DNA of 64,000 nucleotides from Dehalococcoidia bacterium (GTDB lineage Bacteria; Chloroflexota; Dehalococcoidia; UBA2979): NCBI GenBank assembly GCA_965219085.1, contig OZ244720.1, positions 288,001 to 352,000 of the forward strand, read 5' to 3'. Shown piece by piece: positions 55,912 to 64,000 of this stretch (position 1 is its first letter; each line of letters starts with the position of its first letter). The notes under the pieces were generated by a model. It saw only the letters and a program-made list of their open reading frames with translations, ran no database searches and was not told where the DNA came from. The position numbers and the translations under genes were made by a program.

Positions 55912-57277
55912 GGTAGCGTCCCAGGAAGTGGTGTCACAGGAGGTAGACGTAGGAGACCACAGCGCCATCCTTCACAAGAAGAAGAGTCACGTGGAGGAGG
56001 ACGACTGTGGTCAAGGAGAGCGTGGACTTGTTGGAACTGCTGCGCAAGCAGACGGACGGAGCTGACCTCGACTTCCTGCGCGAGGCGGTCGCGCTGCTCG
56101 CCCAGGCGGTGATGGACGCCGAGGTCTCGGCGCAGATCGGCGCCGCTCACGGCGAGCGCAGCGAGACGCGCCTGACCCGGCGCAACGGCTACCGGCCGCG
56201 GCGCTGGGACACGCGCGTGGGCACGATCGAACTGGGCATCCCGAAGCTGCGCGAGGGCAGCTACTTCCCCTCGCTGCTCGAGCCGCGGCGGCGCTCAGAG
56301 CGCGCCCTGGTATCCGTGGTCACGCAGGCCTACGTCGAGGGCGTTTCGACGCGCCGCGTCGACGACCTCGTGCGCTCGCTCGGCTGCGACGGCATCTCCA
56401 AGAGCCAGGTCTCGCGCATGTGCGCTGAACTCGACGAGGTCGTCTCGAGCTTCCTCGAGCGGCCCCTCGACTCAGGCCCCTACCGCTACCTCTGGCTCGA
56501 CGCGCTCACCCAGCTCGTGCGCGAGGAGGGCCGCGTCGTGCAGGTGAGCGTCGTCGTCGCCACCGCCGTCAACGCCTCCGGCAAGCGCGAGCTGCTGGGC
56601 ATCGACGTCGGCACCTCCGAGGACGGGGCGTTCTGGCTGGGCTTCCTGCGCGGCCTCGTGGCGCGCGGCCTGTCCGGGGTCGAGCTCGTGACCTCGGACG
56701 CCCACCAGGGACTGCGGGCGGCGATCGCGACGGTCTTCGCCGGCGCCTCCTGGCAGCGCTGCCGCACGCACTTCATGCGCAACCTGCTGACCCGGGTGCC
56801 GAAGAGCGCCGAGAAGCTGGTGGCGACGACGGTGCGGACGATCTACGAGCAGTCCTCGGCGGCCGAGGTGCAGGCCCAACACGCCCGCGTGGTGGAGCAG
56901 CTCGCCGAGCGCTTCCCCGAAGCCGCGGCGCTGCTCGCCGACGCCGACCCGGAGATCCTGGCATTCACCGCCTTCCCGGTCGCCCACTGGCGGCAGGTCT
57001 GGTCGAACAACCCGCTGGAACGGCTCAACAAGGAGATCCGGCGGCGCACCAACGTCGTCGGCATCTTCCCCAACCGTGCCGCCGTCGTGCGGCTGGTCGG
57101 CGCCGTGCTCGCCGAGCAGCACGACGAGTGGGCGGAGGGGCGGCGCTACATGACGATGCTGCAGCCGCTGCCGGCGGCCGTGGCCGAGGTCGCCTCAGGC
57201 GAGGAGGTGCTGCTGCAGACCGCCAGCTAGCAACTGATCAGGATGGTGCACTGTTACACCACTTGCAGGGACGTTCG
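55912..57277 (+). mobile_element. IS256-family element
   Basis: IRs ..GCGTCCCAGGAAGTGGTGTCACA / TGTTACACCACTTGCAGGGACGT..; direct repeat CCAGTAC at 55905-55911 and 57278-57284. Confidence 0.88.
56007..57230 (+). CDS. IS256-family transposase
   Basis: RNGYRPR, PKLREGSYFPSLLE, YLWLDA, VTSDAHQGL, WQRCRTHFMRN, SNNPLERLNKEIRRR. Confidence 0.93.
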   Translation: MVKESVDLLELLRKQTDGADLDFLREAVALLAQAVMDAEVSAQIGAAHGERSETRLTRRNGYRPRRWDTRVGTIELGIPKLREGSYFPSLLEPRRRSERALVSVVTQAYVEGVSTRRVDDLVRSLGCDGISKSQVSRMCAELDEVVSSFLERPLDSGPYRYLWLDALTQLVREEGRVVQVSVVVATAVNASGKRELLGIDVGTSEDGAFWLGFLRGLVARGLSGVELVTSDAHQGLRAAIATVFAGASWQRCRTHFMRNLLTRVPKSAEKLVATTVRTIYEQSSAAEVQAQHARVVEQLAERFPEAAALLADADPEILAFTAFPVAHWRQVWSNNPLERLNKEIRRRTNVVGIFPNRAAVVRLVGAVLAEQHDEWAEGRRYMTMLQPLPAAVAEVASGEEVLLQTAS

Positions 57278-57561
57278 CCAGTACAGCAAAGACCGCCAGT
57301 CCGATGAGCAGCAGCGGGAGGGGCGCGATACGCCGGGAGGCGATCACGAGTTACCCCCGGCCTGCCAGCACCCACCAAAAAAAAATCGGGGGGGTACGTA
57401 TGTGCCAGGTCGCCCTGCACGGCAGACCCCAGCGCGGCGGTCGCTTCAGGCGCCAAGAACTGGTCTGTCACGCGCAACGGGATGTCTTCCCAATTCCCAA
57501 CCCGGAGTGGCCGGGGCCACCATCGAGCGCAATCCGGCCCGTGATTCGGGCACACGCTGAC

Positions 57562-57679
57562 GCTCTCCCGACATCCTCGTAAGTGCCGAGCGGCATAATC
57601 GGGAGGCCAGTTTGTTTGCTCCCAGGGAGAGCGATTCCGCGACTGAGACAGGTGCTGCTGCTCTGGTGGTCGCTTCGCG
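57562..57679 (-). promoter_or_regulatory. Conserved leader element, copy 5
   Basis: CTCCCGACATCCTCGTAAGTGCCGAGCGGCATAATCGGGAG...GGTCGCTTCGCG. Confidence 0.6.
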
Positions 57680-57758
57680 CGCGATGGTTGCCGGGTCGTG
57701 TGCGCACGGACGTTCCGTCCGCCGTCCCAGGTGCATGCACTGGACTCTCGAGCGCCAC

Positions 57759-57949
57759 TCAGTAGAAATCGGCCCACTTCGATGGCAATTCGGTGAGTAT
57801 TCTCAAGAAAGAGCTACGGCGGCAACAAGACCAATCGCGTGAGTCTCGGGCCTTTTTCTGTGAGGCTACGTGAGGGGTTTACTGCATTCCGGGTATGAAC
57901 CTGCTCGCGGACCAGGCGGCGCCGTCGGGGAAGCCGTCCAAGGTGCCAC
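57759..57949. repeat. ~190-bp non-coding repeat (copy of 29154-29347)
   Basis: Direct visual alignment with 29154-29347. Confidence 0.8.
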
Positions 57950-57954
57950 TCCCG

Positions 57955-58052
57955 CGCGCTGCAGGGTGTTCCGGTAGGCCATGAAGACGACCTGGACGGG
58001 CTGCGTCTGGCCGATCCGTCAGGGCCTGCGCGAGGCCTGCCCGCATCGTGTA
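57955..58052 (-). pseudogene. Helicase C-terminal stub (copy 6)
   Basis: VYTMR-QASRR..RIGQTQPVQVVFMAYRNTLQ. Confidence 0.7.
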
Positions 58053-58095
58053 GACAGAGTCGGCCTCGAATCAGACAGACGCGGACGGGAAGAGG

Positions 58096-61000
58096 TCAGT
58101 TGGCTTCGGGAGGCCCTTCGCTCCTGGCGACCAGTGGTGTGAGCGGGGGAACGCCCTCGGCGAACAATTCCCGGAATGGCTGGTTCGCGAACTCCGGCGC
58201 GCCGAGGATGTAGGAGACCCACTCCCCGTCCGCGAGGACATACACGGACGTGAAGTGGCGGCTCTGCGCGCACACCTCCAGTTCCTCAACACTGCCCCCC
58301 TCGTAGACGACGAGGCTGAAGCCCTCGACGACATCCCCGCGCAAGCACTCCGGCCACGGCTGCGGGCCAGCGCCGTCCAGCTCAGCCCCGAACGGGTCCG
58401 CCGAGGGCGGTCCGTTGCTGCCGACGACGAGAGGCGCCATGATCAGGGGCCCGTCGGCGAACAGCTCTCTGAACTCGCGGTTGACGAAGTCGGGCGCGCC
58501 GAGGATGTAGGACACGTAGACGCCCTCGTGGAGGACGTAGAGGGCTACGATGTTCCGGCTCTCGGCGCAGGCCGCCAGTTCCTCGACGCTTCCGCCCTCG
58601 TAGACCACAAGGCTGAAGCCTTCGGCCACGGCGCCGCGCAGACAGTGCGGCCAGGGATCGCTCGCGGAGTTCCACCCTGTCTCGGCGAAGCGTACCCGGT
58701 AGGTCTTGATGCGACTGCCGTCGGCCGAGGTGACGACGACCGTGATCTCACTGAGGTCCTGGAAGTCGATCTGGTGGCCGTCCGTTTCCTCGTCGGCGTC
58801 GGGCGGGTCGATGTCGATATCCGTGCGGCGCTGCAGCGCCTCCGCATCCACGGTCGTCTGCGTCATGCCCTCGTGTGGGATTCCCTCGTAGTCGGTGCGG
58901 TTGCGGTCGAACTCCCCGATGTCAACGGCGCTCAGGGTGAGCGAGGCAAGGCGTGCGTCAATGACGTCGGGGATGTTGTAGGTGTAAACCTTATCGTCGC
59001 TCTGGTCGGCCACGTACATGACGTCGCCGTCGGACCAGATGCCGCGCGGGCTGTTGTTGCTGGCGCCGTTCAGCTCCCTGAAGTCCTCATCACCGACGCG
59101 TTCGAGTGACATGTCCTCGCCGGAGGGCTCTTGCTCATTCGGCAGCGCGGGCAGCCGGTAGGCGAGAAGCCGCTTCCGCCCATGGTCCGAGACCCAGACG
59201 CCGACGCCATCCGACCAGATGCCGTGGGGGTCGCCGTTGGTGTCGTCGAGGGCGTACTCGCCGAGGAGTTCACGGGACGTCAGGTTGTAGGCGAACAGCG
59301 CATCCGTGCGGCTGTCGAGCACCCACATGATCCGGTCGCGAGACCAGATGCCGCGAACGTCGGGGTTGTCGCGGTGGAGCACGATGTCGCGGTCCCGTAG
59401 CCGCTCGCCGCTGGCGAGATCGTGCGCGAAGAGGCGGTCCTGGCCGCTGTCGGCGACCCACAGCGTCTCGCCATCGGACCAGATGCCCCGCGGGGCGCGA
59501 TTCGTCTCATCGAGTGCGAACTCACGCTCCTCGACGCGCTCGCCGCTCGCGAGGTCGTAGGCATAGATCGCGTCGTCGGCGCCGTCGCCGTTGTGGGCGA
59601 GCCAGAGCGTGGTGCCGTCCGACCACATCCCCGTCGGCTTGTCATGGCCGCTGTCGAGCGCCTCGATGTCCTGCTTCACGGTCCACTCGAAGTCGACGGT
59701 GCTGGGGCTGGGTCCCGAGGGCCCACCGCCGCCACCTCCAGCGAGGCCGCCCCCACCGACGGTGATCGGTGGTCCCGCCGGGCCGGCCGTGACGGTGATG
59801 GTCACCTCGACGGTCGCCCTGCCGCCGTTCGCGTCGTCCGCCTCGACCGTGACGCTGTACGTGTCTGTCGTCGCGGTGTCGAAGGTAACCCCGGCGGCGA
59901 CGGTGATCTGACCGCGGCGCGGATCGATATCAAAGAAGCCTGCGTCGGTCCCGAAGAGGCTGTACGTGAGCCTGTCCTCGTCGATGTCCGTGGCCGTCAC
60001 GGGCGCACCGACGTTGTCGCCCTCCCCGGCGCTCTCGGCGACGCTGCGCTCCGCGGTCGCCGAGGCGAACCCGGGGTCGTCGTTGACCCCTTCGACGTTG
60101 ACGCTGACGGTCGCCGTGCCGGAGAGGGAGGGGCTGCCGCTGTCCCGGACCGTGTAGGTGAAGCTGTCGGCGCCGTGGTAGTTGGCCCGGGGCGTGTACG
60201 TGATCGTGTAGAGCTCACCGGGATTCTGCGGGGCGTTCACCACGACCTGCCCGTTGCGCGCATTCCCCGCGCTCACTGTCAGGTCGCTCACGTCGTCCTC
60301 GGGGTCGCTGTCGTTGTTGAGCACGTCGATGATGACCGAGTCGTCCTCGTCGACGGTGGCGCTGTCGGCCACGGCCTCCGGCGGCTCGTTCACATCGGTG
60401 ACGGTGATCGTGACGTCGATCGTGTCGAACGCATTGGAGCTGTCGCTGGCCTTGACGGTGACCGTGTGTGAGCGCGCCGTCTCGTCATCGTAGTCGAGCG
60501 ACCCTGCCGCCTTCACCCGGATCTGGCCGTTGGCGCTGTCGATCGTGAAGAGGTCCGACTCGGGCTCGAACTCGTACCGCAGCGTGTCCCCGCTGTCCGT
60601 ATCGGTGGCCGTCACGCGAGCGCCGACCGCGGCGTTCGCGCCGGCGTTCTCGGGGATGTCGCGGGTCGTGGTTGTGTCGGCGAACGCCGGCGGGATGTTG
60701 ACGACGGGCTTCGCCCGCACGGTGCTGGACGACACCACCTCGCGGCTCTTGTTCGGCCCGTGTCCATCCTCGTAGGCGGCGGTCGCGCGGAGGTAGTAGC
60801 CGATGTCTCCCGCGAGGGGCGTGTACGCGCTGGTCGTGAGGCCGTCGACGGCGCCGCTTACGGCCGCCCAGCCGCTCGTCCGGCTCGTCGAGCGCACCCA
60901 GGTCCACGTCGTCGAGACCACCCCGTCGGCGTCGCTGAGCGTGGCGGTGTATTCCGCCTCCTCCTGTGGGCGCGTCGAGGGGAAGGCGAGCGTGCCGGTC

Positions 61001-64000
61001 TCGTCCCTGTTCGTGATGGTGACGGCGACATTCAGGGTGGTGGTGTGGCCGCCGGCGGAGACGCTCAGGGTCACGTCGTATACGTTGTTGCCGCCCGAGT
61101 CCTCCGCGTCCTCGTAGTCCGGCGCCGTCTTGAAGCGGAGCCGCCCGTTCGAGGCGTTGAAGTCGAACTTGTCGCTGTCGCTCCCGACGAGTGGCTGCCA
61201 GGCGATGGTGGCGCTCTCGGGGTCCGCTGCCCGGTACGTCCCGACTTGGAGCGTTCCCTCTTCCTCGATCCTAAGTGCCGCGTCGCCGCTGATGGTGGGC
61301 AGCTCATTGACGGGGTCGACGGTGACGGTGAGCGCGATGCTGCCCGTCTTGCCGTCGCTGTCGCGGGCGCTCACCGTGATGTCGTAGACGTTGTTCCCAC
61401 CGGAGTCGGCCGGGCGCTCGTGGTCGGGGACGTTGGCGAAGGAGAGCCCGCCGCCGGCGGTGATGACGAAGTCGCCCCGGTCGCTTCCCCCGAGGGACCA
61501 CGTGTACGTCAGACTGGGCTTCTGCTCCGGGTCGCTCGCGCTGAAGGTGGCCAGCGTGCCCTCATGGTTCTCGTCCACGGCGAGCGCATTGTTGTTCACG
61601 GTGACGCCGTCAGCCGCAGCGAAGGAGATGTCCGCCGGTTCGTCCACGTCGGTGACGGTGATGGTCACGTCCAGGGTTCCGGTCTGGACTCCACTCTCGC
61701 CGTCTGCGGAAGCTCGCAGGGTGACGTCGTACTCTTCCTGGTCCTCGTAGTTGGGAGGCGCCCTGAACGTGAGCACGCCGCTCGCGCTGAGCCTAAAAGC
61801 GCCGCTGTCCGGACCTCCGAGCGGCAGCCATGTCACCGGTTCGCCCTCGGGGTCGCGCGCTCGGTAGGTGGCGACCGCTCCGGTGCGGTTCTCGGCGAGC
61901 TCGATGCTGTGTTGCCCGGTGATCTCCGGCGGCTCGTCGATGTTCGCGACGGTGATGTCCACGGTGGTGACGATGGAGCCGTCCGTATCAGTCGCCGTCA
62001 CGGTCACCGTGTAGCTGTCCTTCGATTCGTAGTCGTAGGTCACCCCCGCCTTGGTCCATAGTTGACCAGTCGAAGTATCGAGGTTGAATGATTCGCCGTC
62101 CGGGCCGCCGAGGCTGTAACTGTACGTACCGCTGTTTGCCGTGGCCGCGACGGGAAGGCCGATGTTCACGCCAGCGGTCGAGTTCTCGACAAGGCTGCGT
62201 TTCGTCCGGATCGACCGGAGCCTGAATGAGAGGCTGGCCATCGGTGCAGTTGTGAACAGGCCAGTCCCGCGGATGCTCGTGATGTCCCCGCGCGGAGTCG
62301 TGTCAACGTTGGGGGAAAGTGAGAAGTCGTCGCCCTCCTCGGTACCGGCGTCCCAGGGGAAGAGGTGCACCTGGTGCGTACGCAGCCAGTGACCCGAGCC
62401 GTCAAGCAGCGGCAGCCCGGAGACTCCCACGAACCAGTCGTGGCTCGGGTCGATCTTCGTCACAAGCGTGATCCGCGGAAACGCGGTCGTGAACGTGACA
62501 TTGCTCAGCGTTGCCAACTCGACGCGGCTGATATAGCCATCATTTCCTTCAATGAGCGCGAGGGCATTAGGTTGGAGCGTGTTGAGTGCGGCCCGAATTT
62601 CGCCCTCGAGCGCGTCGGTGTTGCCGCGTTCCGCCATGTGCTCCATCCCAGCACTGGCCCTCTCGCCGCTGGCGAGGAAGGTCACCGCGGCGTTGTGGAC
62701 CGCGCCAACGAGCTTTGAGAAGTGCGCACCTCGGGGCCGCCCGGCCCGGTCCGGTACGGCAGCCACATTCCAGCTGGCCTGGAATTGCACATCGTAGCTG
62801 GCGGTTGACGCAAACGGCGCAACAGCATCGGTCGCAGATGGACTGAGCGATCTGTCCTCCTCGGTGCGTGTGACGGTGATCGTGTATGTCCGCACGGCAA
62901 TGCCGTCGGGAGCCGTCACTCTGATCTTGATGACGTTCTCGCCCGCCTCCAGTCCTACCTGAAGGCCATCGGTGTTGGTGTCTGCGTCGACGATCGTGTG
63001 GCCGGCGACGTCGAGGTATGCCAGGGACGCACCGGTCCGGTTGCCGGCTCCGGCGATGGTGATCCGCGTCACCGTATACCCGACCGCCGCCGTATACGAG
63101 TCCTTCATGCGGTCGAACTTCGGCGCCAGCGTTACGCCGCCCAGGGTCAGCGCGCTCAGCGTGGCGTCGGCGGAGACTGCCGTCGTCCCAACCCAGGTAT
63201 CCGACCAGTCCCCCGCGCCAACTGCATTGCGCGCTCGGACCTGTAAGTCGTACTGCGTGCTGTCCGCAAGCCCCCTGACTGTGTACGTCGGGGCGGCGCC
63301 TTGGGCGAATTTGAGGTTCATGTAGTCCCACGCGAAGTAGGTTGTCAGCATCGAGTCGCTGCGGATGTAGCGCAAGTCGTAGGCGGTGATCCGGGCCCCG
63401 CCGTTGTCAGCCGGCGGATCCCAGTTGATCGTGAGCGTCCGGTCTGTCGCCGTGGCCGAGGTGATCACGGGACGCCCAGGCAGGGTCCGCGGTGTCCCCG
63501 ATCTGGTCGCCGACCAGGGGCCGTCGCCGGCGGCATTGACGGCCCTGACCTGTATGTCAAGGGCGACGCCGTTGGAGAGCTCCGACAAGGTGTGTTCGAG
63601 CGCGCCGCCGGTCCAGATGGCCGGTTCGCTGGTCCAGAATGAGTCGGACTGATCGGGAGCGTTGCTGCGGATGGAGCGCAGGTCGTATGCCGTGATCGTC
63701 GCTCCCCCGTCGCTGGCGGGTGCGCTCCAGCGGACGGTGAGCTTCGCGTCGCCGCTGGTCACGGAGTTGATCAGCGGAGCGCCCGCCAGGGTTCGCGGCG
63801 CAGCGGATTGGGGCGGGGACCAGGTCAGTTCGGCGTTCGCGGTGACCGCCCGCACCTGGACGTCGTAAGCGACGCCGTTGATTAGGCCCGTGAGCGTGAC
63901 TTCGAGGCTGCTGGAGGCCGGGAGCCCTTCCCGGACGGTCCAGTGGGCGTCGGCCTTGTCGCTGGCGTCGCTGCGGAGGTAGCGCAGCTTGTACGACGCG
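58096..64000 (-). CDS. Giant secreted modular protein F (5' end beyond the window): FN3, cadherin-like sandwich, Spondin_N, cadherins, Ig-like, conserved C-terminal module
   Basis: Frame stays open to the window edge (YKLRYLRSDASDKADAHWT...); Spondin_N motifs HFSKLVGAVHN and PSHDWFVGV...WDAGTE. Confidence 0.9.
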   Translation of the reverse strand, partial: ASYKLRYLRSDASDKADAHWTVREGLPASSSLEVTLTGLINGVAYDVQVRAVTANAELTWSPPQSAAPRTLAGAPLINSVTSGDAKLTVRWSAPASDGGATITAYDLRSIRSNAPDQSDSFWTSEPAIWTGGALEHTLSELSNGVALDIQVRAVNAAGDGPWSATRSGTPRTLPGRPVITSATATDRTLTINWDPPADNGGARITAYDLRYIRSDSMLTTYFAWDYMNLKFAQGAAPTYTVRGLADSTQYDLQVRARNAVGAGDWSDTWVGTTAVSADATLSALTLGGVTLAPKFDRMKDSYTAAVGYTVTRITIAGAGNRTGASLAYLDVAGHTIVDADTNTDGLQVGLEAGENVIKIRVTAPDGIAVRTYTITVTRTEEDRSLSPSATDAVAPFASTASYDVQFQASWNVAAVPDRAGRPRGAHFSKLVGAVHNAAVTFLASGERASAGMEHMAERGNTDALEGEIRAALNTLQPNALALIEGNDGYISRVELATLSNVTFTTAFPRITLVTKIDPSHDWFVGVSGLPLLDGSGHWLRTHQVHLFPWDAGTEEGDDFSLSPNVDTTPRGDITSIRGTGLFTTAPMASLSFRLRSIRTKRSLVENSTAGVNIGLPVAATANSGTYSYSLGGPDGESFNLDTSTGQLWTKAGVTYDYESKDSYTVTVTATDTDGSIVTTVDITVANIDEPPEITGQHSIELAENRTGAVATYRARDPEGEPVTWLPLGGPDSGAFRLSASGVLTFRAPPNYEDQEEYDVTLRASADGESGVQTGTLDVTITVTDVDEPADISFAAADGVTVNNNALAVDENHEGTLATFSASDPEQKPSLTYTWSLGGSDRGDFVITAGGGLSFANVPDHERPADSGGNNVYDITVSARDSDGKTGSIALTVTVDPVNELPTISGDAALRIEEEGTLQVGTYRAADPESATIAWQPLVGSDSDKFDFNASNGRLRFKTAPDYEDAEDSGGNNVYDVTLSVSAGGHTTTLNVAVTITNRDETGTLAFPSTRPQEEAEYTATLSDADGVVSTTWTWVRSTSRTSGWAAVSGAVDGLTTSAYTPLAGDIGYYLRATAAYEDGHGPNKSREVVSSSTVRAKPVVNIPPAFADTTTTRDIPENAGANAAVGARVTATDTDSGDTLRYEFEPESDLFTIDSANGQIRVKAAGSLDYDDETARSHTVTVKASDSSNAFDTIDVTITVTDVNEPPEAVADSATVDEDDSVIIDVLNNDSDPEDDVSDLTVSAGNARNGQVVVNAPQNPGELYTITYTPRANYHGADSFTYTVRDSGSPSLSGTATVSVNVEGVNDDPGFASATAERSVAESAGEGDNVGAPVTATDIDEDRLTYSLFGTDAGFFDIDPRRGQITVAAGVTFDTATTDTYSVTVEADDANGGRATVEVTITVTAGPAGPPITVGGGGLAGGGGGGPSGPSPSTVDFEWTVKQDIEALDSGHDKPTGMWSDGTTLWLAHNGDGADDAIYAYDLASGERVEEREFALDETNRAPRGIWSDGETLWVADSGQDRLFAHDLASGERLRDRDIVLHRDNPDVRGIWSRDRIMWVLDSRTDALFAYNLTSRELLGEYALDDTNGDPHGIWSDGVGVWVSDHGRKRLLAYRLPALPNEQEPSGEDMSLERVGDEDFRELNGASNNSPRGIWSDGDVMYVADQSDDKVYTYNIPDVIDARLASLTLSAVDIGEFDRNRTDYEGIPHEGMTQTTVDAEALQRRTDIDIDPPDADEETDGHQIDFQDLSEITVVVTSADGSRIKTYRVRFAETGWNSASDPWPHCLRGAVAEGFSLVVYEGGSVEELAACAESRNIVALYVLHEGVYVSYILGAPDFVNREFRELFADGPLIMAPLVVGSNGPPSADPFGAELDGAGPQPWPECLRGDVVEGFSLVVYEGGSVEELEVCAQSRHFTSVYVLADGEWVSYILGAPEFANQPFRELFAEGVPPLTPLVARSEGPPEAN

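Larger units (their letters stand above)
50545..57347 (-). pseudogene. Secreted protein E (repeated LVGNTGQ...GYELSSV domains, choice-of-anchor-R-like), disrupted by IS256, IS5 and frameshifts
   Basis: Removing IS256 restores the signal peptide VIASRRIAPLPLLLIGLAVFAVL|GNVPGVAHAQ. Pieces at 54746..55732 and ~50545..51845 share YSYQWIR.DG..ET and LVGNTGQ repeats. Confidence 0.7.

Noticed and set aside
21311-57679. Leader element as a CRISPR repeat, integron attC or c-di-GMP riboswitch
   Set aside because: Spacing is kilobases and no cas genes are present; there are no RYYYAAC/GTTRRRY ends or integron integrase; the GGGACGCAA similarity occurs in one copy only.
10306-58650. Diversity-generating retroelement acting on the repeated C-termini
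   Set aside because: No reverse transcriptase in the window, and differences between copies are not visibly adenine-specific.

Overview
High-GC (about 70%) bacterial DNA. The gene content suggests a host-associated (e.g. sponge-symbiont) Chloroflexota-like organism; this is inference only. Positions 1-5.7 kb are core genes: an LPG-synthase/flippase-like membrane protein and an Aap/Bzt-type general amino-acid ABC transporter. A 3' tRNA-Glu fragment at 5840-5889 looks like the att boundary of a genomic island that fills the rest of the window and continues past it. The island is a minus-strand tandem array of six giant modular secreted-protein loci, intact or broken, built from FN3, cadherin, PPC, kexin-like S8 protease plus P-domain, Spondin_N, sugar-dehydrogenase propeller and RCC1-like domains. 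The units repeat one layout: a conserved ~120-bp palindromic leader, then a signal-peptide gene (four of six ending in the same ~550-aa C-terminal module), then a decayed 3' stub of an ICE-type SNF2/DEAD helicase. Domain blocks are shared in a mosaic pattern between the genes, and short templated inverted patches occur in one spacer. Six IS elements are present: IS1380, two IS5-family, two IS256, and an IS110/IS1111 nested in one IS5.
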